Shown here: positions 25,555 to 33,412 of the stretch, piece by piece
How the letters are laid out: each line of letters begins with the position of its first letter
How positions within the stretch are numbered: the first letter of the stretch is position 1
Source of the DNA: a virus
Strand: one strand, 5' to 3'
DNA: 41,221 nt
Virus record (IMG/VR): IMGVR_UViG_3300004242_000001
Coordinates: 1-41,221 of that record
Translations under genes and position numbers: made by a program
The notes under the pieces: model-generated
Seen by the model: only the letters and a program-made list of their open reading frames with translations
The model's database searches: none
What the model was told of the DNA's origin: nothing

Positions 25555-25835
25555 ACCTTCTCCTTTTCATAAAGCGAACCCAAAATATTCAGCGCTGGCT
25601 TGTCATTCCACCAGGTACGGTGTGCCTTGCACACATCACACTCGATGTCATGCGCTGTGCCGCTCAACTCAGTCAGCACATTTGCATCAATCAGACGACT
25701 TGCAAAAACTGCGCGGCGAAATAGCAACAATCGCTCGCCACCATGCGCATTGGTACGTAACCCAAGCACATGCCCATCTTTCCGCTTGCAAAACCACAAC
25801 TGCCCCTTTCGTCCGTCCGCTAATACTCCGTCCAT
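25551..25835 (-). CDS. Hypothetical protein (94 aa)
   Basis: Coupled ORF. Confidence 0.5.
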   Translation of the reverse strand: MDGVLADGRKGQLWFCKRKDGHVLGLRTNAHGGERLLLFRRAVFASRLIDANVLTELSGTAHDIECDVCKAHRTWWNDKPALNILGSLYEKEKV

Positions 25836-25843
25836 AGCGTCTC

Positions 25844-26131
25844 CTATAAGTCAATCCATCCAACCGCCACGCACGCTGGCGGCATCCACTCAGACTCGAA
25901 CAGCATCACCCCATCCACCTCCACGCCATTTTCCACACCCCTTGGCAGCTTGCTCACATACGCAAGCCGAGGATAATCCTTGAAAAGCCGCAAATACTCT
26001 TCAGCCGCCTCGATCAGTTTCAAACTCACGCGGTCACTCTGGGTCAAACTCCGAAATACAAACGTCTTTGTCACAACCCAGCCTTCACACCTCACGTCCA
26101 CCGCGCCATTCCACAAAACGTCATCTCCCAT
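25844..26131 (-). CDS. Hypothetical protein (95 aa from MGDDVLWNG…)
   Basis: The ATG at 26131 follows GGAGAGGAAGAAGGAG. The track extension to 26215 is Gly/Arg-rich and runs through a non-coding G-rich tract. Confidence 0.5.
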   Translation of the reverse strand: MGDDVLWNGAVDVRCEGWVVTKTFVFRSLTQSDRVSLKLIEAAEEYLRLFKDYPRLAYVSKLPRGVENGVEVDGVMLFESEWMPPACVAVGWIDL

Positions 26132-26236
26132 AATTTTCTCCTTCTTCCTCTCCCCTCCCCCACGCCTGCCATCTGCCCAAATTGCGCACCCAATCCAGCG
26201 CACGCCTCCAAACACAAAACAGGGTGGGGGAGTTTC

Positions 26237-26273
26237 TGACGGTTAAGAATATTTTTTCATTATTGACGGTTAA
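26237..26273. repeat. Two direct copies of TGACGGTTAA, 27 bp apart
   Basis: 26237..26246 and 26264..26273, in the AT-rich gap just after the ParR-like gene. Confidence 0.7.
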
Positions 26274-26276
26274 TTA

Positions 26277-26534
26277 TTAATCATCGAATCGATTGAAGAA
26301 CGCGTCTGCTGCCTGCTCTGCCTCGCGCACCATCCGCAAAACTTCCTCGTCGGGCGTCTCCGCGGTCACCGCCGAAAGCGCGCTGCCCATTCGCAGCATC
26401 CGAATCACGCTGGGGAATTTCGTGCGCGGCGGAAGCGAAGCCAGCATGTTCAAAATATCGTCATCTGCGCCAGGCAATAAATATCCATCCAGCCGCACCC
26501 GCACCTTTTGGGCCTTATTCTTTGGTCTTGCCAT
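26277..26534 (-). CDS. parR: ParR-like centromere-binding adaptor (ribbon-helix-helix type)
   Basis: 85 aa immediately downstream of parM and overlapping it. KVRVRLDGYLLPGADDDILNMLASLPPRTKFPSVIRMLRMGSAL parallels the plasmid R1 ParR N-terminal pattern. Confidence 0.5.
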   Translation of the reverse strand: MARPKNKAQKVRVRLDGYLLPGADDDILNMLASLPPRTKFPSVIRMLRMGSALSAVTAETPDEEVLRMVREAEQAADAFFNRFDD

Positions 26535-27561
26535 TGGGCTTGTCCTTGAACTTCAACGCCATCTTATACAGCCCGCGCGAAATCGCCATCACAGGCTCAT
26601 CCAGCACAATCGCCTTCCCGCTCAACATCTGCGGCATATACCCCTTCAACAACTCCGCGCCGCCGCCAACCACCAGCACAGCGGCAAAGCGTTTGTAATA
26701 CTTGCCCCAGCGGTCTTCGATTGCACCCGAAACGCGCTGGGAATAATCATCGAGCGCCATCTGCAACATCGTTTTTTCAACGCGCTTGTTCCGCAGTTTC
26801 ATATCCAACTCGCCGAGCGTGTACGGCTTCTCGCAATTCAACTGCACCTCGTACCTGCGATTCAGGTCTTCTAGCAGTCTCGTCACGCCCATCTCAATCC
26901 CGCCCGTAAAGCGGTCGATGTCGCCGTTGTCGCGCGTCAACATAAACTCGATGGTCTTGCGCCCAATCGACAGCCCAGCGGTTTCATCCACCCAGTACCG
27001 CGCCCGCTCAGGCATCATCACGCCATCAATCGTATACGTGTAATCGAACATAATCCCCTGCGCCTGCGGCTTCAAAAAGACCTCCGCAACCTCCACGCGG
27101 TACTGCGCCCCGTCAACGCTCCACTCATGCGCCCCAACCATCCACTTCTTCACCGCCGCCTTATATTCCTTCGCCGTCGCCCCCAGCAGCATCTGAAACG
27201 GAAGCCCGACCATCAGCGAAAGCGGCTTGCTGAACTTGCCATAATCCTGCTGGTACTTGGTCAAAGTCGCATAAAAAATCGAATGAATTTCAGACGTTCC
27301 CGCCAGGCGGTCAAACGCCAGATTCTGAAGCGGATCGCCGTAATCATGCGCATTTTCGCCCACAAAGAACGACCCAAACTTACTGCGAACCTCCATCGGG
27401 CGGCGCTTTGCGCTCTTCTCGCTCGCGCCCAGCAGGTCCTCATACCGCGCCATCCCGTTTGATGACACCAGGCTCAACACCTGCGCCCCGCCAGCGGGAC
27501 CCCAAAACTTGGTCGCGCCCATCCCCAAATCACATCCGCCATAAATCAATTCAGTATTCAT
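26515..27561 (-). CDS. parM: ParM/StbA-family actin-like segregation ATPase
   Basis: Phosphate-1-like GGCDLGMGATKF, adenosine-motif-like AVLVVGGGAELL, and C-terminal MAISRGLYKMAL. Confidence 0.75.
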   Translation of the reverse strand: MNTELIYGGCDLGMGATKFWGPAGGAQVLSLVSSNGMARYEDLLGASEKSAKRRPMEVRSKFGSFFVGENAHDYGDPLQNLAFDRLAGTSEIHSIFYATLTKYQQDYGKFSKPLSLMVGLPFQMLLGATAKEYKAAVKKWMVGAHEWSVDGAQYRVEVAEVFLKPQAQGIMFDYTYTIDGVMMPERARYWVDETAGLSIGRKTIEFMLTRDNGDIDRFTGGIEMGVTRLLEDLNRRYEVQLNCEKPYTLGELDMKLRNKRVEKTMLQMALDDYSQRVSGAIEDRWGKYYKRFAAVLVVGGGAELLKGYMPQMLSGKAIVLDEPVMAISRGLYKMALKFKDKPNGKTKE

Positions 27562-27585
27562 AGGTACTCTCCTTTTTTTTGAAAT

Positions 27586-28266
27586 TTACAAAGTCTCTGC
27601 GTCAACGTCCGCAGTCGCGGGTTCTTCCCAAACCAAGCCAAAATCTTCCATCACCAAACGCGGCTCCCAGGGCGCCACGAACTCATAGCCCATGTGTTCC
27701 GCCCATTTGCGAATCATCCCCTTACGCGCCAGCAAATCAACCAGCGCGTCATACATCTCATACTCAGCCACCAGCCCTAGTGGGTCAAATCGGCTCTTGC
27801 GCCCCTCCACCAACAACCGCTTTGGCAACACCGCCTTGCGGCTCGAATTTTCGAGGAAATAACGCAGAAAAATGTCCGTCACCTGCGGCGCCTCAAACAG
27901 CACCGCATGGGGTTGGATGCCCTGGGTAGGTTGACCGCTCTTCAAAAGCAAGGCGCGATGGCGCTCGTTGAGAATCAACTTCGCCACGTCGGGGTGAACG
28001 TTCCGTCCCGCTTCCATCTCCGCCGCAAACGGCGTGACCGCCAACGCCCGCTGGCGACGCTCCAGCCAACTCACCGCAATCGTCCTGCGGTAATCGTAAT
28101 AATTACCAACCGCCGCCACCGCCGCCACCCCGCTCAACATCCCGCTGGCAACCGCCGCCCAGCCAGTCCACGCCGCGCCTGCCGTCATCAGCCCGCGCGT
28201 CAGCAGTAACAGCAAAACGAACCACACGCTCGGCGCAACCCACCGCCAATTCCGCGCTTCACCCAT
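27586..28266 (-). CDS. Membrane protein (two N-terminal TM segments), function unknown
   Basis: WVAPSVWFVLLLLLTRGLM and LSGVAAVAAVGNYY, then a 150-aa soluble domain. Confidence 0.55.
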   Translation of the reverse strand: MGEARNWRWVAPSVWFVLLLLLTRGLMTAGAAWTGWAAVASGMLSGVAAVAAVGNYYDYRRTIAVSWLERRQRALAVTPFAAEMEAGRNVHPDVAKLILNERHRALLLKSGQPTQGIQPHAVLFEAPQVTDIFLRYFLENSSRKAVLPKRLLVEGRKSRFDPLGLVAEYEMYDALVDLLARKGMIRKWAEHMGYEFVAPWEPRLVMEDFGLVWEEPATADVDAETL

Positions 28267-28444
28267 GCCACACCTCCATCAACCTATTCACTTTCTGCGC
28301 CATCACACCGCGCAGCCACACGCCCAAGCGCTGCCGCCTGCCCCCAAGGGAAAAACGAACCTCCCACAACGCCCAAACGCCATAAGCCGCCTGAAACGCC
28401 GCATACAAACTAACTGTCAAAAACGCCCAGACAAAATCGCTCAT
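28259..28444 (-). CDS. Small membrane protein (61 aa)
   Basis: GAAAGGAG RBS and hydrophobic N-terminus FVWAFLTVSLYAAFQAAYGVWALW. Confidence 0.5.
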   Translation of the reverse strand: MSDFVWAFLTVSLYAAFQAAYGVWALWEVRFSLGGRRQRLGVWLRGVMAQKVNRLMEVWHG

Positions 28445-28816
28445 AATGCTCCTTTCAAATTTCCTGACAAATCGACCTTGACCATCTTCATGAAACGTCC
28501 CAACCGATGAACCAAATGAACCTCGTTGTACTTGATGCCCGTCAAGGGTTCATCCAATCAATTGCTAAAAAATCCCAAAAGAGAAAAAAACGCTAAAAAC
28601 TCTCTATAGGTTCATCCATGTACATTAGGTACATCAAAACTATCAATATTTATAAATATATTGATAGTTATTAGCCAAAAACTGCCACAAACAGCCCCGA
28701 TGTACCTCGATGAACCCACAAACACCCTCAAAACCACCCCATACATCAAAAAATTTTTTTTGATGTACCACCACCCTCCAAAAGGGTTCATCGGGTTCAT
28801 TTGGTTCATCCAAAGT
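28445..28816. repeat. Iteron-rich AT-rich region: candidate replication origin and/or partition centromere
   Basis: GGTTCATC or its complement at 28506, 28516, 28547, 28609, 28709, 28785, 28794 and 28803. Variant GTACATC/GATGTAC at 28618, 28628, 28699, 28741 and 28762. A/T tract at 28748..28761. Confidence 0.6.
28638..28669. repeat. 12-bp perfect inverted repeat with an 8-bp AT spacer at the centre of the iteron region
   Basis: AACTATCAATAT-ttataaat-ATATTGATAGTT. Confidence 0.85.
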
Positions 28817-31800
28817 CTATTCATTGGCATATTCATCCCAATTTTCTGGGAATTCTGGCACTGGCGGGTCGTCAAAGCCTGGTTGCACGGAGACTGGCTG
28901 GTTGACCAGCGCCTTTTCTTTTTCCTTTTGCGCCACGCTCTTGATCTCATCCTCTTTTTTGGTCGTATCGATCTTGATCTCATTCACGCCAAACCGCACT
29001 TTCAATAACTCCAAACGGTTCTGTACCTCGTCTGGGCGTGCGCCCGAATAAATGATCACCACAAACCCGCGCCCCAATCGGTGAACAGGCAGGCGTAAAT
29101 TGCGGCATTTCGTCCCAATCGTCGACGCCGTCACGCCATTGGAGGCAAATTTTTTCTTGCCTTTCTTTTTTGCTCCCCCTGAAGCTGGCTCATCGTCCGC
29201 ATCGTCGTCCTTCTTGATAACATCCGATGGAGACTTCCCAGTCCCAAGGTTCATTTCATCGATCAGATAATTGACCACCTTCGTCAAATCCGAATAACGG
29301 ATATATTTCACGCTGCCCCATTCATCCAATTCCGTGCCCTGCACAAAATCCAACAGCATAAAGGCAGGGTCGCGTTGCACCGCATCAATCGCCTCGATAA
29401 TTCTCGCCTCGGTCTTTTGACTGACTTCAAACTTTTGTTCTTCGTACAAATTCTTGATGACCAGGTTGATTTCTTCCAACGCTTTTTCGGCGCTCTCTTC
29501 TTCGCTTGGGTTCATCGTCAAAATGTATTTGATGGGCACAGTTACCTGATTCACGCGAGTCGAAACCCGCTCATCCTCCAGCGAATCTGGCGGTTGCAAA
29601 CGTGGCTGCCAGTTTTTCAACCTCCACGTCATGTCCATGTTGCGCTTATGCAAAGCCATCGCCCGCATCTCGTCGCTCCAGCGGCGCGGGACATTATGTT
29701 TTTTCAACTCAGCCAATTCGTGCTTGATGGTCTTGACCGTCAAAAACCGTCCCTCAGTGGCGACCTGCGGAAACTTGCCGTACATCGTACACATCTTGGG
29801 ACCGTAAACGTTGAAGTTCACCACCTCGAACTCAACCGTTCCATCAGAATTTTTGAACGACGTCATCATCGGAACGTATGCCTGCTCTTTCATTGCCCCA
29901 ATATTGAGCATTACAACACGGTCGTCGAACTCATCCATGTCGTCTTTGATTTCATCGAAGAACATCGTCCCTCGATACATGTGGCTCATGTGCTTGAACG
30001 ATGCCGCGCTCCCCACGCCCGAAGACTTGGTCAAACGATAGCAGACATAACCAACCCGCATCGTGATTGCGCTCTTCCCCGAATCACTCTCTCCCTGGGC
30101 GCGGAAATAAGAAAGCTCATCGAAACAATCGTATAGCCAAGTAAACTGTGCATAATATGCAGCCAACTTATATTCCAGCGGATTGTCCAGCAAAAAAGAC
30201 CGCCGCATATAATCGTCGTTGTACTTCAACAAGTCCCGCGTCGATTTCTCGACGCCCAAATCCGACGCAAACAACACGCCGCCCATTTCTATATTTGGGT
30301 CTACCTTCGGGTAATATCGTGTCCCCTTGATGTCCAGTTTCCAGTCCTTCCCAATCCGCCCCTCTGGATCGCGGTAGGCAAACATCGCCTTCTTCATGTC
30401 TGGGTTCCACAAATAATCCACCAGCCAGCCCTTGTTACTGCCCTCCTCCACAGGAAACCACCCGCCATAAATGAAAGCCGTCTTTTCAGGCTTGCTTTCA
30501 TCTGTAGTCTTTTCGTCTCTTTCCCCCAGTGCGTCTTTCAACCCTTTATTGAATGCACTCGTCGAGATACCCATCGCCTTGATAAAATCTCCAAGCATCT
30601 GGTTTGCTTTTTTCTTCCCCATCTTGGCGATAATTTCATAGGCCCTCATCATCGCGCCGATCTTATCCTCTGCCGATATATCCCTGCGTTTCTGTTTCGC
30701 CGCAGCCTCTTTTCCTGCCACTAACGCCACCACAGGCGCAATGTTCAGCCGTATCCGCATTCGTTTCGCTTGGCTGTCCTCAGACACGCCCGTTGACGCA
30801 TAATACTGACGCAGTTCATTCGCGTCTTTGATTTTTCCGCCCCGCGTGGCGGGGTATTTGACAATCTGCGTCAGCGGTCCCCACAAATCGACAATCGGAT
30901 ATTCGTCGTTCGTGCCGCGCCAGGCTTCCTCGCCTGCCTCATCATTATCCAATGCGCAGTACCGCGTCTCGTGCCGCTCACGTAGTTCCTTTCCCCAATA
31001 ATCATCCAGCGCCGTCCCTGCCCGCGCCAAAACGTTGAATCCCCATTGGGCAAACGTAATCGCATCCGCCTGCCCCTCAACGTCAACAATATGGTTTGCT
31101 TTCGCGCTATAGTTCCATGCGAAATATGGCTGGCGTTCGCCAACCAATCCCTTGCGCGGGTTATATGACTTCTTCGCCTTATCTGGTTCGCTGGTTAGTT
31201 TCCCATCTTCGGTCTTTGCCAAATTCCGCGCAGATAAATAGGTCACTTTGTGAAAATACACATGCGGGTAAATCAGTCTTGGCTTGCTCATAAAGCCAGA
31301 GATATACCCCTTCAAAACATCGTCATTGCTGATGACATCTTTCAGCCCCAATTCACTTTCCCATTTATCGCGCAGCTTTGCCACGTCGCCCCTATACCCC
31401 ATAATAGCAACAGCAGCAGGAGCATCCGCCGCAATATTATTCATTGCCAACGTCTCGCGCATTTCTTTGTATTCAGCCAGCGACCCAAACCCCGTAAATC
31501 CGAGTCGTGCATTTTTGATTGTCTCGTCTGTCCATGCCCGCCCGCGCCCGTAGTCCATCGCCGCAGCAGTAGCAGACATCCATTTTTCGAACACCTTTGC
31601 CGCTACCGAAAAAGCATCTTCAACCACACGCGCTGCCATCCACGCCTTTGTATCCTTGTGCGTCCATTCAGGCAACGTCACGCCCGCCCGCTTTGCCGCA
31701 TACTCCACCGCAGACTTCATATCCATGCCGCGTTCATTGATTAGGTAGTCGAATACCGACCCGCCGCGCGAGTGCTTGTTCCAGTAGTAGTAGAACTGAC

Positions 31801-31948
31801 CACCCTTCCCACGAGTTACCACCAACCCATGCGTCCCGTCTCGATCACCACGGTATTCGTTCCCGCTCCCTCTCAGCGGGTAATCTTCCTTAATAATCTC
31901 GACAAGGTTGATGCGTTTTTTGATGTCGTCAAATACGTTGCTGTCCAT
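28817..31948 (-). CDS. Replication protein: DnaG-like Toprim primase fused to a P-loop NTPase (helicase-like) and a C-terminal DNA-binding-like domain
   Basis: Toprim: IVDVEGQADAITF … YCALDNDEAGEEA. Walker A: AQGESDSGKSAI. Walker B-like: GTMFFDEIKDD. 1043 aa. Confidence 0.7.
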   Translation of the reverse strand: MDSNVFDDIKKRINLVEIIKEDYPLRGSGNEYRGDRDGTHGLVVTRGKGGQFYYYWNKHSRGGSVFDYLINERGMDMKSAVEYAAKRAGVTLPEWTHKDTKAWMAARVVEDAFSVAAKVFEKWMSATAAAMDYGRGRAWTDETIKNARLGFTGFGSLAEYKEMRETLAMNNIAADAPAAVAIMGYRGDVAKLRDKWESELGLKDVISNDDVLKGYISGFMSKPRLIYPHVYFHKVTYLSARNLAKTEDGKLTSEPDKAKKSYNPRKGLVGERQPYFAWNYSAKANHIVDVEGQADAITFAQWGFNVLARAGTALDDYWGKELRERHETRYCALDNDEAGEEAWRGTNDEYPIVDLWGPLTQIVKYPATRGGKIKDANELRQYYASTGVSEDSQAKRMRIRLNIAPVVALVAGKEAAAKQKRRDISAEDKIGAMMRAYEIIAKMGKKKANQMLGDFIKAMGISTSAFNKGLKDALGERDEKTTDESKPEKTAFIYGGWFPVEEGSNKGWLVDYLWNPDMKKAMFAYRDPEGRIGKDWKLDIKGTRYYPKVDPNIEMGGVLFASDLGVEKSTRDLLKYNDDYMRRSFLLDNPLEYKLAAYYAQFTWLYDCFDELSYFRAQGESDSGKSAITMRVGYVCYRLTKSSGVGSAASFKHMSHMYRGTMFFDEIKDDMDEFDDRVVMLNIGAMKEQAYVPMMTSFKNSDGTVEFEVVNFNVYGPKMCTMYGKFPQVATEGRFLTVKTIKHELAELKKHNVPRRWSDEMRAMALHKRNMDMTWRLKNWQPRLQPPDSLEDERVSTRVNQVTVPIKYILTMNPSEEESAEKALEEINLVIKNLYEEQKFEVSQKTEARIIEAIDAVQRDPAFMLLDFVQGTELDEWGSVKYIRYSDLTKVVNYLIDEMNLGTGKSPSDVIKKDDDADDEPASGGAKKKGKKKFASNGVTASTIGTKCRNLRLPVHRLGRGFVVIIYSGARPDEVQNRLELLKVRFGVNEIKIDTTKKEDEIKSVAQKEKEKALVNQPVSVQPGFDDPPVPEFPENWDEYANE

Positions 31949-32055
31949 GCTACCGTCCGTGATACTTAGATTTTTTCAAGCCGTCCAAGATACCTACAAG
32001 CCTTTTCTGCCATTTTTGTAAAAATTCTCGACACGCGGAGCCTTACACCCAAGAG

Positions 32056-32104
32056 CCCCACCCCGCCCGGAGAATTCAGCCCTCCCCCCCTACCTCCCCC
32101 ACCC
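32056..32104 (-). other. G-quadruplex-prone tract (seven G-runs of at least 3 on the minus strand)
   Basis: Minus strand: GGGTGGGGGAGGTAGGGGGGGAGGG…CCGGGCGGGGTGGGGC. Confidence 0.5.
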
Positions 32105-32141
32105 ATGCGACATAACCCCACGTTATGTCGCATCCTTTTTT
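32105..32141 (+). terminator. Plus-strand-oriented intrinsic terminator-like hairpin inside a minus-strand operon
   Basis: ATGCGACATAAC-cccac-GTTATGTCGCAT (perfect 12-bp stem) followed by CCTTTTTT on the plus strand. Confidence 0.5.
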
Positions 32142-32243
32142 GACCGTCAGAACCGTTTTCTACACCCCGCCCCGCCATGCGGCAAAAGGCGAACAAACCG
32201 ATTCTTTCTACTACTGCATACAAAGTGAAGACGTGCAACAGCA

Positions 32244-32528
32244 TCACTTCTCCAACAGCCTGACCGTCGCTGTGTTGACCTGGCTCTTCGCATCGCGCAC
32301 CGCTCTGCCAATGCGTGCCAGGTCATGCAGCGCTGGGTCCAGCAGTGACGTGAGGCCTGACCTGCGGATCGCCTGCTCAATCCTCAACACAATATCAGGC
32401 AGCACTTCTTCCACATCTACAAGCGCCAGTGTCGCGCCTTCAAGTTCTGCTCGCACCTTGCCAGTGCCCTCAGCTTTGCGCGCCACGTTGATCTCTCTGC
32501 TGTGTCTCACGCTCGTTGGCTTCAACAT
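32244..32528 (-). CDS. Hypothetical protein (94 aa)
   Basis: ORF with plausible composition. The start is uncertain (59-nt overlap with the upstream gene; an alternative GTG lies at 32486). Confidence 0.45.
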   Translation of the reverse strand: MLKPTSVRHSREINVARKAEGTGKVRAELEGATLALVDVEEVLPDIVLRIEQAIRRSGLTSLLDPALHDLARIGRAVRDAKSQVNTATVRLLEK

Positions 32529-32799
32529 CTTTCATAATCAACTCCAAATAATGGTCAAGACCATATAAAGCAAAGACTGTCATACCAGCGGATATAACTA
32601 CAATCCACAAAGTTTGAATCACTTCCATCTCACCCTGCGCCCAAAGCCATGCGGTGAGCGGTCCCATCATGCCCAACAAACCAAGCGTATACGCCACAAG
32701 CCTTGGGAGCTCCCTTCCCCTTAGCAACACCCGCCAGGGGAAATAATGCAGCCCAAACTCTGCCATCATGACCATTACGAGCACCGTCCACAACTTCAT
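32470..32799 (-). CDS. Membrane protein (3 TM, 109 aa)
   Basis: GAGGTG RBS; hydrophobic segments LWTVLVMVMMAEFGL, LVAYTLGLLGMMGPLTAWLW and LWIVVISAGMTVFALYGL. Confidence 0.55.
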   Translation of the reverse strand: MKLWTVLVMVMMAEFGLHYFPWRVLLRGRELPRLVAYTLGLLGMMGPLTAWLWAQGEMEVIQTLWIVVISAGMTVFALYGLDHYLELIMKDVEANERETQQRDQRGAQS

Positions 32800-32944
32800 T
32801 TCTCACCTCTGATTTGAGCTTCAAATCGTCCTTTATCCATTGCAACAGCAGCAGCAGACTCGCACGCCGAACCCCCGCCGTCTTTAGCGGAAGCGGAACA
32901 TAGACCACCTTGAACTCTGTAACCAGATCGATACGCTTGCCCAT
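32630..32944 (-). CDS. Questionable ORF; only the first ~48 codons look protein-like
   Basis: It overlaps 32470..32799 out of frame for 170 nt, and the overlapped part is Gly/Ala/Arg-rich. Confidence 0.3.
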   Translation of the reverse strand: MGKRIDLVTEFKVVYVPLPLKTAGVRRASLLLLLQWIKDDLKLKSEVRNEVVDGARNGHDGRVWAALFPLAGVAKGKGAPKACGVYAWFVGHDGTAHRMALGAG

Positions 32945-32947
32945 TCA

Positions 32948-33412
32948 TTATTCAACCTTGTAAAGTTTTGTCATAAAATCGAGATTGCTCTCAGCCTCAT
33001 CACTTTCATTGCGTTTTTCAAGTGCGTCCGCAATCCGTTGAGTTTGAGCTGCAAGCAACAAAGTGGCACGGACATGAGCCTGCATCAGTTCAACCACGAC
33101 TTGATGCGCCACGTCAGAAAACTCGCCCATATATTTATCTTGTGACGCGACTCCGTTTTCGATTTCCCGATATGTTTGTATTTCCTGGGCAACAGCCTGA
33201 TTGACTATGCCAGTCTCGACCATCACGACCCGCGCGCGCTTGGCAACCCGTTCTTCTTGTTTCTTTACCCATTCAGCGTGAATCTCCTGGTGAAAGGCGA
33301 GCAGTTCTTCATAATGCTCTTCAAAGCCTTCTGTGTCTTCAATATCCCAGCATGGATCTTTCACCCAGCCATCTTTCAACTTCTGAATCTCTTCTTGTGT
33401 TTTAATCATCAC
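32948..33412 (-). CDS. Hypothetical helical protein (154 aa), coupled to the Mini-A-like gene
   Basis: ATGA overlap with the upstream stop; Glu/Lys-rich. Confidence 0.55.
   Translation of the reverse strand: MMIKTQEEIQKLKDGWVKDPCWDIEDTEGFEEHYEELLAFHQEIHAEWVKKQEERVAKRARVVMVETGIVNQAVAQEIQTYREIENGVASQDKYMGEFSDVAHQVVVELMQAHVRATLLLAAQTQRIADALEKRNESDEAESNLDFMTKLYKVE

Noticed and set aside
28612-28983. 123-aa minus-strand ORF across the iteron region
   Set aside because: It overlaps the 3' end of the primase gene out of frame and then reads through the AT-rich iterons. Its Arg/Lys/Met-rich composition reflects the repeats, not a protein.
31966-32247. 93-aa minus-strand ORF in the gap upstream of the primase gene
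   Set aside because: Its translation (…MGGGGRGGGLNSPGGVG…) simply reads the G-run tract and the hairpin. There is no RBS, so the region is treated as non-coding regulatory sequence.
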